A stretch of 64,000 bases of DNA from an uncultured Nitrososphaerota archaeon (GTDB lineage: Archaea > Thermoproteota > Nitrososphaeria > Nitrososphaerales > Nitrosopumilaceae): contig OY969559.1 of NCBI GenBank assembly GCA_963701075.1, forward strand, positions 1,152,001-1,216,000, written 5' to 3'. This document shows positions 51,699 through 62,982 of this stretch, piece after piece; position 1 is the stretch's first letter, and each line of letters starts with the position of its first letter. Position numbers and translations under genes: made by a program. Below the pieces are notes generated by a model. That model made no database searches and was not told where the DNA came from. It saw only the letters and a list, made by a program, of their open reading frames with translations.

Positions 51699-54509
51699 TT
51701 TTCAAGATTCGCTTTAGGTACTGACCTGTGTAGCTTCTTGGGTTTTGAGAAACCTGCTCAGGTGTTCCAGTTGCAACAATTGTCCCGCCGCCGTCTCCTC
51801 CTTCTGGGCCCAAGTCAATTATCCAGTCTGAATTTTTGATAACATCCATGTTGTGCTCAATGATTATTATGGTATTTCCAAGCTTTACCAAACGGTTCAA
51901 GACTTCAAGTAATCTTTGAACATCTGCAAAATGCAGTCCAGTTGTTGGCTCGTCTAGTATGTAGACCGTTCTTCCCGTATCGCGCTTTGACAGCTCTGAC
52001 GCAAGTTTGACACGCTGAGCCTCCCCGCCAGACAATGTAGTAGCCGCCTGGCCTAGCTTGATGTATCCAAGACCCACGTCAAAAACTGTCTGAAGCTTTC
52101 TCTGGATCGAAGGAATGTTTTTGAAAAATTCTAATGCCTCTTCTACTGTCATTGATAACACATCTGAAATGTTCTTGTCCTTGTAGTGCACTGCTAGTGT
52201 CTCAGAGTTGTATCTTTTCCCCTTGCATTCATCGCATACCACGTAAACGTCTGATAGAAACTGCATCTCTATTTTTTTGACCCCGTCTCCTTCACATGCA
52301 AAACATCTGCCGTCTGCCACATTAAATGAAAACTGTCCAGGGGCATATCCTCGCTCTTTTGATAATTCCGTCTCAGAGTACAGTTCCCTGATTGGTGTGA
52401 ATGCGCCGATATACGTGGCAGGATTTGAGCGTGGGGTGCGCCCTATTGGGGACTGGTCTATTCCTATCACTTTGTCAATCTCGTCCAATCCTGATATTGC
52501 CTTGTGCCTTCCTGGCCTGTCGATGGAACCATAGATATCTTTGGCAAGTGCCTTGTAGAGAATATCGTTTACAAGAGTAGATTTTCCCGAGCCTGACACG
52601 CCTGTCACTGTAATCATCATCCCTAGGGGAAACGAGACATCGATACTTTTGAGATTGTTCTCTGCTGCGCCTTTTACTATCATCTCTCCTTTTTTTGCAT
52701 ATGTTCTTTTTTCAAATTTTATTGCATCGTGATTTTTAAGATACTGTCCGGTTACAGACTCGACACTTTTTAAAATGTCATGTATTGTTCCTTCAAAGAC
52801 TACGTTTCCACCATGTACTCCCGCGCCAGGTCCCAAGTCGATAATCCAGTCAGAACTTCGCATCACCTCCTCGTCATGCTCTACGACAAGTATTGTGTTT
52901 CCAAGGTCTCGAAGCTTTGTAAGCGTCTTGATCAATTTTGCATTATCTCTTTGGTGTAGCCCAATTGTTGGCTCATCGAGCACATAGAGTACTCCTGTAA
53001 GGTTGGAGCCGATCTGAGTTGCAAGCCTGATTCTTTGCGCTTCTCCGCCAGACAGGGTTGAGCTAACCCTATTTAGCGTAAGATAGTTCAGGCCTACGTT
53101 TCTTAGAAACTCAAGCCTGGAAAGAATTTCTTTTAGGATTGACTTTGCAATGTATCTTTCAGTCTCGCTTAGCTGGAGATTTTTGAAAAACTCGTAACAT
53201 GAATCAATTGATAAATCACAGACATCCATTATAGACAATGAACTAATCTCAACTGCAAGTGATTCATCCTTTAGCCTTCTTCCCTTGCATGTGTTGCACG
53301 GAGTCTCTCGCATGAACTTGCTTAGCTCCTCTCTTTTTGACTCTGAATCGGTCTCTGCGAAATTTTTCTGCAAGACTTGGTATTACGCCATGAAAAGTGT
53401 TGGTATACTCCCATCTTGAATCAGTTGATTGCGATTCATATGAAAACTTGACAGCTTCACGGCTCCCATACAGGATAACCTCGAGTTGCTTTTGTGTCAT
53501 CTTGTTAATTGGAGTCATTAGATCAAAGCCATATTTTTTTCCGACATCTCGAAGTGTCTGTCTCCTAAATGACGAAAATCTTCCTGACCATGGAATTATG
53601 GCCCCGTCTAGGATGGATTTTGTCTTGTCAGGAATTAGCAGATCAGGCTCAAACTCCATCTTGACGCCTAGCCCGTGGCATGTCTTGCATGCCCCAAATG
53701 GCGAGTTGAAAGAAAACCCTCTTGGTTCAAGCTCGCCTATTGATATTCCGCAAAATGGACATGCATTGTTCTGAGAATAGACCTTTTCTTCAGTATCTGC
53801 AACCATGACATCGCCTTTTCCTGCCTTGAGCGCAGTCTGGATGGATTCATAGAGCCTGCTTTTTTCTTCCCAGGCTGCCTTGAGTCTGTCAACGACGATT
53901 TCTATATTGTGCCACTTTTGCTTGTCAAGTGTTGGAAACTCGCCTGTAATTTCTATTATTTCTCCGTCTACTCGAATTCTGGAATATCCCTGCTTTTTTA
54001 CCTCTTCGAATATTTTTTCATATGTTCCCTTCTTTCTTCTAACAAGTGGTGCAAGTATCAGTATTTTTTTTCCTTCTGATTCTTTGAGAATTGATTCACA
54101 GATTGATTCTATTGACTGGTTTGATATCTTGCGCGCACATCTTGGACAGTGCGGCGTTCCAATTCTTGCATATAGTAGTCTGAGATAATCGTAAATCTCT
54201 GTTATTGTTCCAACAGTTGACCGCGGGTTTTTGCTTGTAGTTTTTTGCTGAATCGATATTGCAGGAGATAACCCTTCAATTGAGTCAACATCTGGCTTAT
54301 TCATCATCTCAAGGAACTGTCTTGCGTAAGCTGATAATGACTCGACATATCTTCTCTGCCCTTCTGCATAAATTGTATCAAATGCAAGTGTTGATTTTCC
54401 AGAGCCTGAAAGTCCCGTAATTACTACAAGTTTATTTTTTGGAATATCAACATTAATGTTTTTTAAATTGTGCTCTCTTGCACCACGGATGATTCAGCTT
54501 GTCATTCAT
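51688..54509 (-). CDS. uvrA: Excinuclease ABC subunit A (frameshifts ~53372 and ~54495)
   Basis: [19 protein letters not shown], two LSGGEAQR signatures, Zn fingers. Confidence 0.96.
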
Positions 54510-56443
54510 TTCTTAACTGTCTCTGTATTTTGGTTAATTTATCGCGGTATTCAATTGCATTCTCAAAGTCCAGATCTTCTGCATAACGCTTCATGGTGGC
54601 CTCTATTTCAATTGCAAGGGTTTGCAAGTCATGTCTTGACATGTGCTTTGTCTCTTCTAGCACTATGGTTTGAGCAGGTATTGCCTTTACAATAGTAGCA
54701 GGCGTGATTCCCATCTTTTTGTTGTATTCTATTTGCCTATTTCTTCTTCTTTCTGTCTCTGTCATGGCAAGCTTCATTGACTGGGTAACCTTGTTGGCAT
54801 ACATTATCACAGAGCCGTCTACATTTCTTGCTGCTCTTCCAAATGTCTGAATCAGACTGGTGATGTTTCTCAAAAAGCCTTCCTTGTCTGCATCAAGTAT
54901 GGCAACAAGGGATACTTCGGGGATGTCAAGGCCTTCTCGCAGTAGATTTATGCCTACTAAAACGTCAAACTCTCCCAGTCTTCAGCTGTCTTATTATTTC
55001 TGTTCTCTGAAGGTTTTCAATCTCTGAATGAAGATATCGCACTTTGACCTTGTTTTTTGATAGGTATTCTGCCAAGTCTTCTGCCATTCGTTTTGTTAAT
55101 GTAGTGACAAGTACACGTTGATTTTTATCAACACGTTTTTTTATTTCTAAAATCAAGTCGTCCATCTGACCTTCAGTCTTTCGTATCTCCACTGTTGGGT
55201 CTACCAAGCCTGTCGGTCTGACTAGCTGCTCTACTATGCGGAAACTTTTCTTGCGTTCATAATCTCCTGGAGTTGCAGAGACAAAGACAGTGTTTTTTAC
55301 ATATTTTTCAAATTCCTCAAACTTTAGAGGTCTGTTGTCAAAAGCGCTGACAAGCCTGAACCCGTAATCTATGAGTGATTTTTTACGCGTATGGTCGCCG
55401 TTGTACATTCCGTGCAATTGCGGCAGCGTTACATGCGATTCATCAACTACAAGTAAAAAATCATCGCCAAAAAAGTCAAGCAGGCAAAACGGAGGTTCCC
55501 CTTCCAGTCTACCATCAAAATGTCTTGAATAATTCTCGATTCCAGAGCAATAACCAAGCTCCTCTATCATTTCTAAATCATATTTTGTTCTCATCTCAAG
55601 TCGCTGCCTTTCAAGCTCGTGCAGCTGTGGCAGCCTCTCTTTTAGTTCATTTCTTATTGACTCGACTGCTTTTTTTCTGACATCTGACGCAACAAGGTAG
55701 TGTTTTGCCGGATAAATCTTGATTTGTGATACCTGTTTCTTCTCTTTGAGTGATATAGGGTCACAAATTGATATTTTTTCAACATCGTCTCCAAACATGG
55801 AAATTCTTACAACTGAATCAGAATATGCCGGAATGATGTCAACTGTATCACCCTTTATTCTAAATCTGCCTGGCAACAACTCTGTATCATTTCTGTCATA
55901 TCTTGCATTGACAAGTTTCTTGATCAAAGATCTTCGCCCAATCTCTGCCCCTTTTTCTATCGTGATTGACATGAGCTCCCACTCGCGAGGCGAGCCAAGA
56001 GAGTATATGCATGAGACAGTCGCAACCACTATGGTTGGCTCCCCTGAAAGCAGCATGGCTGTTGCCTCTAGTCTCATTTTTTCGATTTTTTCGTTTATTT
56101 GCGTGTCTTTTTCTATGTACGTGTCAGTCTGAGGTATGTAGCTTTCCGGCTGGTAGTAATCATAATAGCTGACAAAATATCCGACATTGTTTTTTGGAAA
56201 AAATTGCTTTAGTTCAGAATAAAGCTGAGCCGCAAGCGTCTTGTTGTGTGATATCACAAGTGTGTTTTTTCCAGTCCTTTGAATGGCATTGGCAACAGTA
56301 AACGTCTTGCCGCTTCCTGTCACTCCAAGCAGCGTCTGGATCTTTTTTCCCCTGATTCCTTCTACTAGCGCTTCTATGGCCTGGGGCTGGTCTCCTGTGG
56401 GCACAAAGTCTGATACTATCTCAAAGGTAGGATTTTCAAGCAA
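54502..56443 (-). CDS. uvrB: Excinuclease ABC subunit B (frameshift ~54982)
   Basis: [33 protein letters not shown]. Confidence 0.96.
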
Positions 56444-56539
56444 GATTGCATCTTGTTGTATCTATTCCTAACTAAAACTTTGAGTTGCTCGGCTCTTACG
56501 TTGCTGGGTGGTTGCATGCATTTTTCAGAGTTACTAATC

Positions 56540-57172
56540 CTACCAAAGCTGATCTTCTGATATGTCAAGGCCATCTCTTGTCTGTTTTATGCCCATTGTT
56601 TTGACTGTGTTTTTAGCAGTAGGAGTATTTCTTTCAAGGATGAGTTTTGCAAGCGCAATTCTTGTCTTTTTGTCCAGGTGCTGCCCTATCTTGTATTTAC
56701 CTCGCATTGTTTCTGGCACGACTTTAATGATGGCAACCTCGTCTACCACGTGCATCTCAGGTGCTATCTTTTCATACTTGCCTTCGGGCTGGTACTTTTC
56801 CATAAGGGAGTTTAGGGCAAATGTCTTCTCGTTTCTGTCTGATACTATACTTCCGCGTCCCTTTATTACGACACTTATGTAAAACGTATCTGCCTGCGAT
56901 GCATCTGTTGGGTGGCTAAAGTATGATGGCAGAAACTCTAGGCTCTGGTCCACTTCAAAGCCAACCTTTGGGTTTCTTGTAATGTTCTCTAGTTTTTCTC
57001 CTTTGATGTGGGAATGCATGTAGATCGAGTCTTTTGCGTAAACAAAATTCATCGGGATTATCTGTGGATATCCATCTTTGTCTATGCTACAGACTCGACC
57101 GGTTTCCTGACTGTTTAGAAATTCTATTATCTTCTTTTTTGATTTTATCTCTAGTCTTCCAAGTAGTTGCAT
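56540..57172 (-). CDS. Pyridoxamine 5'-phosphate oxidase-like flavin-binding protein
   Basis: GYP.IIPMNFVY, IYMH...GEKL.NI..NPKV.FEVD. Confidence 0.85.
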   Translation of the reverse strand: MQLLGRLEIKSKKKIIEFLNSQETGRVCSIDKDGYPQIIPMNFVYAKDSIYMHSHIKGEKLENITRNPKVGFEVDQSLEFLPSYFSHPTDASQADTFYISVVIKGRGSIVSDRNEKTFALNSLMEKYQPEGKYEKIAPEMHVVDEVAIIKVVPETMRGKYKIGQHLDKKTRIALAKLILERNTPTAKNTVKTMGIKQTRDGLDISEDQLW

Positions 57173-57215
57173 AGATCAGTGATTCCACCTTTTGATATTT
57201 TTGCGTATGCTTTAA

Positions 57216-58506
57216 GATTTTGTTAACTCTTCGGTTGTTTACATAACCTAGATTATAACAATATAACCAAGTCTTTTTCTTGTAGACAAATCCTCATCTG
57301 ATAATTGTACGCCATAAAATCCATAAAACAGACTTATTCAAATGCTGAACTTGGCACCATGATGGATACATTCAAGGAGATGGTAAACCATTGTATCAGG
57401 ATTGGGCTTGAGAACAATGTTTCCACGCTGAAGAAATTCTCGTCAATGTTTTATCATGAGCTTCAAAGCTACCAAATCCAGTCAAAATACAAACTTACTG
57501 CAATGTCACAGGCCTGCGGAAGGCTCTCACAGATGAAGCAAGAGATCAGGAAGGGGAGGAGCGCAAAGTCTCCTTATGTAAGAAGACCATACTTGGTGTC
57601 ATGTTATGGATTCAAGGTTAACGGAATGTTGTTGTCAATTCCAACAGGAAACAGAAACTACATCAATGTTATACTAAATGAGCATACCATGAAAAAGCTC
57701 GCAGAGGAGGGTGTCAGGCCAAGGTGTTTACAATCACCCCAAACTCATTATCCATTTCAGTGAGAAAAGAAGTAGAGGAGATTAGATGCAATAACGTAAT
57801 CGGAATAGACAGAAATTTAAGAAATGTCACCATCTCTACACAGTCAGGACCGGTCATGTACAAGACCGGAAAGTTACTGTCAATAAAGGAAAATTCCCAG
57901 TTTGTAAGAGCGTCATTTAGAAGACACGACGTGAGAGTCAAAAACAAGTTCTTTGCACCGAGAAGGAACAGGCAGTCAAGACGGATACAACAGTATCTGC
58001 ATAAAATATCGAGGGATATTGTGAGTAGAGCAAAAGAGTCAAAGGCAATCATTGCCTTTGAGGATCTAAAAGGAATTCGCAAGTTGTATCAAAAGGGGAA
58101 CGGCCAAGGAAAGAAATTCAGACGAAGATTAAACTCCTGGTCATTTTACGAGTTGCAGAGACAGATTGTATACAAGGCATCATGGGAGGGAATTCCAGTC
58201 AGATTCGTAGATCCAAAACGCACCAGCCAACTCTGTCCAATATGCGGAGATAGAATCCAAGAGGACAAGTTTCACAGACGAAAATCATGGTGCAGTAATT
58301 GTAGGAAATCAATTGACCGCGATGTTGTCGCGGCACTGAACATATCTTACAAGGGGTGGAGTAGGTTTTGCCATCCTAGAGGGCTTTCAGAGGAAGTGAT
58401 GAGGGGGAATGTGGAAAACTTTCAGCCACTAATCCTCAGAGTAGATGGAAGCAAGTTGATCTCGGTATGAATGTTTTATGCAAACAACCGAAGAATTAAC
58501 AGAACC
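57216..58506 (+). mobile_element. tnpB-only transposon with IS6-like 31-bp TIRs and an 8-bp TSD
   Basis: TIRs 57216-57246 and 58476-58506 (27/31 match); direct repeat TGCTTTAA at 57208-57215 and 58507-58514; no transposase gene inside. Confidence 0.88.
57305..58470 (+). CDS. tnpB: RNA-guided nuclease TnpB (frameshift ~57722)
   Basis: RuvC-I GIDRN, RuvC-II FEDL, WSFYELQRQIVYKA, TSQLCPICG/CSNC Zn finger, RuvC-III DRDVVAALNI. Confidence 0.93.
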
Positions 58507-58526
58507 TGCTTTAATAGTTAAATTGG
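58355..58526 (+). ncRNA. Putative TnpB omegaRNA (scaffold overlapping the tnpB 3' end, plus flank-derived guide); boundaries approximate
   Basis: Position typical of omegaRNA; nucleotide conservation with 8065-8195 peaks here; hairpin GCTTTC-AGA-GGAAGT. Confidence 0.55.
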
Positions 58527-58545
58527 GGTATGTATACTGTCAAAT

Positions 58546-58956
58546 ATGAGATCTGGCTGGATTGGATCTACTTTTGGGATCTTCATAATAATTGGTACAT
58601 CGGTAGCCGGATTTTCAAGTTTTGTATACCGCCTGTTTGGAGATACAATTCCAACTGTGTTTTGGGTGCATCTCAAAGAAGTTGGTGCTGCCTTGATCAT
58701 GTTGGCAGTCTTTGCATTTGTGGTTGCATGGATACTTAGGGCCAAACCTCACAAAAAGCCTCAGCACTATTTTGTCAAGGTATTTGATCTTTTTGGACAA
58801 GAGTTCAAGATTGAAGGTATGAGAACTGAATTTAAGACACACGATGTAGCGTGGAGCTTTATGAAACACTACAAAAAGTCTTACCCGCTATACAACTTTG
58901 CACTAGTCTCTGATCTGCCAAATTCTGACAAGATGACAATTTTTAGGTATCTTTAG
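58546..58956 (+). CDS. Membrane hypothetical protein
   Basis: Two TM segments plus a soluble C-terminus. Confidence 0.7.
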   Translation: MRSGWIGSTFGIFIIIGTSVAGFSSFVYRLFGDTIPTVFWVHLKEVGAALIMLAVFAFVVAWILRAKPHKKPQHYFVKVFDLFGQEFKIEGMRTEFKTHDVAWSFMKHYKKSYPLYNFALVSDLPNSDKMTIFRYL

Positions 58957-58965
58957 AAAAATAAC

Positions 58966-60051
58966 TTATTTTCTTGGGTTGTTTTGATCTTTAAAGTATG
59001 GCAGTACTGTAGAGCCAAACTTGTCTATTGAGCCAAAGTACCCAGAACCCCAGAACCTGACAATAAAATGGTTAACTCCAGCTTTTATGAATCTCTCAAA
59101 GACTGGTATGATATCATCTGGAGTGCCGATGCCAATTGATGAGCGCGCTACCTTGTCAGGAATTGTCTGTGCGGCCTCTCTCATCTTTACTATCCATTCT
59201 TGATTTGACATTGAATATTCTGTGAAATATTTCTTAAAGTCAAAACCTGCAACATCTTCGACTCCGTGCACCTTGAGAACTTCGGGTTTGAACAAACTAA
59301 CCTTTACGGCATTTTTCATCTTTGCCCATGCTACTTCTGTATCGTCTGCAAAGTAAACGTCAATGTCTACGCCAAACTGAAAGTTTGAACCGTCTCTGCC
59401 GTTTTCCTTCATTGATTGTTTAATTGACTTGACATGTTCCTCGTAAAGTTCTGGAGTGTATCCTATTGGAATCCATCCATCGCCATATTTTCCACACAAT
59501 GCCAGAGTTCTAGGTGCACCTGCTGCCATGTATATTGGAGGATGTGGTTTTCTAATTGGGGCTGCCTGTAGACATGCATTGTCAAGCTCATAATATTCTC
59601 CTTTGAAACTTACTCGGTGATCAGGCGATGATTCGAAAAGTAATTTGATTACTTGAAGCTGCTCTTCAAATCTTCCAACTGGCTTGTCCCATTGTATCTT
59701 GAACTCTTTGATATTTTGGGCCTCACCTGCACCAATGCCAAGAGTTCCTCTTCCATGTGAGACTCTGTCAAGGGTAATACTAGCTAGAGCAATATTTGAT
59801 GGATGTCGTCTTACTGCATCTGTCACACAAGTTCCAAGCTCAACTTTGTTTGTAATAGAAGCTATGGCAGAAAGCATAACCCATGGGTCATTTACAATTG
59901 CATGATTCCATTGGGGGACATTACTGTGGTCCATGTACCAAATCGAATCGTACCCTACCTTATCAGCCAAAACGCAGGCTGTTAAGATTTGATCCTCTGT
60001 TAGCCCAAGACGAGCAACATTCAACCCCTGTTGAATTCCAAACTTGATCAT
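58966..60051 (-). CDS. LLM-class (luciferase-like, probably F420-dependent) oxidoreductase
   Basis: GYDSIW..DH, DP...L..IA..T..V.LGT.V, LD.VS.GR..LGIGAG. Confidence 0.9.
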   Translation of the reverse strand: MIKFGIQQGLNVARLGLTEDQILTACVLADKVGYDSIWYMDHSNVPQWNHAIVNDPWVMLSAIASITNKVELGTCVTDAVRRHPSNIALASITLDRVSHGRGTLGIGAGEAQNIKEFKIQWDKPVGRFEEQLQVIKLLFESSPDHRVSFKGEYYELDNACLQAAPIRKPHPPIYMAAGAPRTLALCGKYGDGWIPIGYTPELYEEHVKSIKQSMKENGRDGSNFQFGVDIDVYFADDTEVAWAKMKNAVKVSLFKPEVLKVHGVEDVAGFDFKKYFTEYSMSNQEWIVKMREAAQTIPDKVARSSIGIGTPDDIIPVFERFIKAGVNHFIVRFWGSGYFGSIDKFGSTVLPYFKDQNNPRK

Positions 60052-60181
60052 ATTATACGAAACCCTGTCGCAATTTGTTCATTTGAAAGCGGTATTTAAG
60101 TTTAGTAAGAGACGCGGTAATCGTCGTTTGAAGTGATAAAGCGGCAGTAAAATCTGTCAAGATGTTAATTGTAGTCAAATC

Positions 60182-61519
60182 TTATAGCTGAACCCTATAG
60201 TAATCCCATCTTTCAGGATCAAACTGCCTTACAAACTCGATCTTCTCGTTGCGCTTTTTCCTTTCTTGTATTACGTCCCTTAGGGCAAAGCTTGAGAGGT
60301 ATTTGTATCCCTTGGATTGAGCCTGCATTAAAAATAACTGGCGCATCTCTCGTCCGCCCTTTAACCCCCAATACCCCATCTTCAATGCAATGGGCTCTAA
60401 AAATATTGTATCCCCTTTTCCCCAATGTGGATCATTGATATCAGAACGGAGTTTGTAATTTTCTAGTGACGTTCCCTTTACAAAACCCACTATCGGACCG
60501 TTTCCATCTCCAATCCTTAATGTGTTGAGCAACATTTTTGGATCCCGTACAGAATCTGCAAAACCTGTTCGCAGAAATTGGAGAGGATATGGCAACTCTT
60601 GGAAAATTCCAAAGAGTGTATTGATAAATTCGTCTTTTTGCCGTGTCGTGATAGGGTCAATAGAGGTTACTAGCTGCACCTTGTCGTAAATCACCGCTGC
60701 TTGATTTTGTATTTCATTTTCTCTAAGCCTCATGAATCCTAATACGTTATCCATAAATGACTTGCGCATAGTTCTTGGCAACGCTTCTAAAATTTGGTTG
60801 CACATCTCGGATTCGTTGTTTAGGAGATCTTCAAAAAATGCAACAGCACGGATTGCTATTAAATTGGGGTGCCATGCCAAAGAGTGTGCATTCTTCTTTG
60901 CCATCTCAAGTGCATATGAAAAATCACCCATGGCATAACCGCCAATTCTATCTGATACAGAAAGAAACCACCCAAGTTTATTGTAATATTCAGTCTTTTG
61001 TGGGTTATCCCTTGCACTGTCTGACACAGAATAAAAATGCTCAATTAACAATTCTGCTTTTTCTTTATTCTCTCCCGTCCAAGGATATGTCGTTCTCAGT
61101 ATCATTGCTGATACGATGTTGGGATCAATATTGGATTCTTTTAGTAACGACTCTAATGTTTTGTCAGTACTGACAAAATTGGCCGCATCAGGCTCATGTG
61201 GCTTGTCAACTCTTTTCTGAGGGTCATAATCATGAAACAAAGCCGCTACAAAGAGATATTTTGCATCGTCCTTTGTAATGAGATTCTGTTGGCTCTGCCA
61301 CTGCGCTGCCAAGAGTGTGACATATGTGACTTCTAATTCGTGGATTATGTTGTGGTACCCATAATAATCAATACCCAGTCCTTTCTGATGGAACAGGTCT
61401 ATTGTATAATCAAGTATCTTGGAATAACAAGAGGACTCAAGCCCGCACTGGTTTAAGGTCTCTAGTATTTTATCTCTGAGATTGCTGGTGCTGTATATCT
61501 CTTGCATTGGAACTTTCAC
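60182..61519 (-). CDS. HD-domain protein with an uncharacterised C-terminal domain
   Basis: YHNIIHE...AALFHDYD. Confidence 0.8.
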   Translation of the reverse strand: MKVPMQEIYSTSNLRDKILETLNQCGLESSCYSKILDYTIDLFHQKGLGIDYYGYHNIIHELEVTYVTLLAAQWQSQQNLITKDDAKYLFVAALFHDYDPQKRVDKPHEPDAANFVSTDKTLESLLKESNIDPNIVSAMILRTTYPWTGENKEKAELLIEHFYSVSDSARDNPQKTEYYNKLGWFLSVSDRIGGYAMGDFSYALEMAKKNAHSLAWHPNLIAIRAVAFFEDLLNNESEMCNQILEALPRTMRKSFMDNVLGFMRLRENEIQNQAAVIYDKVQLVTSIDPITTRQKDEFINTLFGIFQELPYPLQFLRTGFADSVRDPKMLLNTLRIGDGNGPIVGFVKGTSLENYKLRSDINDPHWGKGDTIFLEPIALKMGYWGLKGGREMRQLFLMQAQSKGYKYLSSFALRDVIQERKKRNEKIEFVRQFDPERWDYYRVQL

Positions 61520-61585
61520 TTGTATGGTACAGGTACCATAAAAGCTTAATTGGAATTAGAAAAGGAATCAGACGCTGAAGTTTTC

Positions 61586-62530
61586 TTACATCTTGCCGTT
61601 GACGATATCTTGCAAGAGGTGTACGATGTCTTCTTTAGTTACAGGTATTGGATTTGGATCAAGATGACCTTTGTCAGTCATGATTACATCTGCAGCTTGA
61701 TCAACAGGCGTCTTGAGAGCAAGTTTGTCAAACTTTAGCTTCTCTATTACCTCCTTGAATTTGTCATAGAATATTGATTTGTTAAATCTATGTGCTACTG
61801 TAGTGCAAGATGATAACGAGTATCCGTGGGGCACTCCCTCATTTGAAAATGCGTATGATAATGCATGCCCTAATGTTGTTGATGCATTGCCAAAACCAAT
61901 TCCAGACAGCATGGAACCAAATGGATAATTCTCAGGCTTGTTGTTCATTATTGCGTCGTACAATATATCAAAAGCAGACTTGCACATCATTTTTGTAAAC
62001 TCATTTCCTCTCTTGCTGTCATAGCCCTCTGTTGCTTGAGCGCATGCATCGCATACTGAATTCTTGACTATGGCCTCTGGTGTTCCATCCATAAAGTAAG
62101 AATCTATAACTGCAACATCGGCAAGAAATCTTTCATCTTGCAAGAGTTTCTTTTTTCCTTCGAATTTGAGTACACAGTATGTTGTCATTTCTGCGCCTGT
62201 GCCAAAAGTTGTCGGTATGAGTATCTTTGGTATCTTCATCTCCATGCCTGCATATTTTGCAACATCAAGTGAGACTCCACCGCCTAAGCCAATTATCACC
62301 GAGGGATTTTTTGGTTTGAACTCTGCGATAACTTTGTTTACTGTTTCAATAGAAGGCTCTGGTTCCACCTTATCGTATAACATGTAATCTTGAATCTTCA
62401 TCCTGGCAAGCCATTTCTTTGATACGTCAGGAGGAGCTGTTGTAACAACAAGGGCGTTTTTTGGATATTGTGTATCTGACAATGCGTCTTTGCCATAGTT
62501 GATTATCTTTGGAATTCTTACGGTATTCAT
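61586..62530 (-). CDS. Iron-containing alcohol dehydrogenase family protein
   Basis: GLGGG..LDVAK, IPTT.GTGAE.T, HALS, PHG. Confidence 0.9.
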   Translation of the reverse strand: MNTVRIPKIINYGKDALSDTQYPKNALVVTTAPPDVSKKWLARMKIQDYMLYDKVEPEPSIETVNKVIAEFKPKNPSVIIGLGGGVSLDVAKYAGMEMKIPKILIPTTFGTGAEMTTYCVLKFEGKKKLLQDERFLADVAVIDSYFMDGTPEAIVKNSVCDACAQATEGYDSKRGNEFTKMMCKSAFDILYDAIMNNKPENYPFGSMLSGIGFGNASTTLGHALSYAFSNEGVPHGYSLSSCTTVAHRFNKSIFYDKFKEVIEKLKFDKLALKTPVDQAADVIMTDKGHLDPNPIPVTKEDIVHLLQDIVNGKM

Positions 62531-62633
62531 AGAAAAATAAGATTTGCAATTATTATTATACTATTGCTTGTTCTGGCATTTTAAAACACAGAACAGAACG
62601 TAGGCTTGTATCCAAATAATTGGGAACAAAGGT

Positions 62634-62981
62634 GTGATTTTTATATCTAAAAACCAGAAGGGTGGTAAGAAAATGAATCCAAAAAACTCTGATGAAACAA
62701 TTTCCAAAGTAGAATCCATGATTCGTGTGCTCTCTAAAGCCACGCCACGCGGTGACATCCTAGATCAGAATGATGTCAAAGCTCTCAATCAAGTAGACTC
62801 TGAGGATCAACCCAAGTTGGCTGACAGGCTGGAGGATATGATGGTACTTCTAAAGGATGATCCAGATAACAAGAGAAAGATACTAGAGATTCATGATACC
62901 ACCATGGACGAGTTTGGCCATGTTAGACCAATTCATGATGCCATGGATTCGATAAAGGCGTATTTTCTCAACAAAAAGTAG
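62634..62981 (+). CDS. Hypothetical protein (start probably 62673)
   Basis: Acidic helical ORF. Confidence 0.6.
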   Translation: MIFISKNQKGGKKMNPKNSDETISKVESMIRVLSKATPRGDILDQNDVKALNQVDSEDQPKLADRLEDMMVLLKDDPDNKRKILEIHDTTMDEFGHVRPIHDAMDSIKAYFLNKK

Positions 62982-62982
62982 G

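Noticed and set aside
50110-56443. Pseudogenisation of the uvrBAC operon
   Set aside because: All five lesions are single-base insertions at AGCT, the motifs are intact, and essential ileS shows the same lesion type.
57216-58506. Ordinary IS1341-type (IS200/IS605) element
   Set aside because: Long TIRs and an 8-bp TSD do not fit Y1 peel-and-paste transposition.
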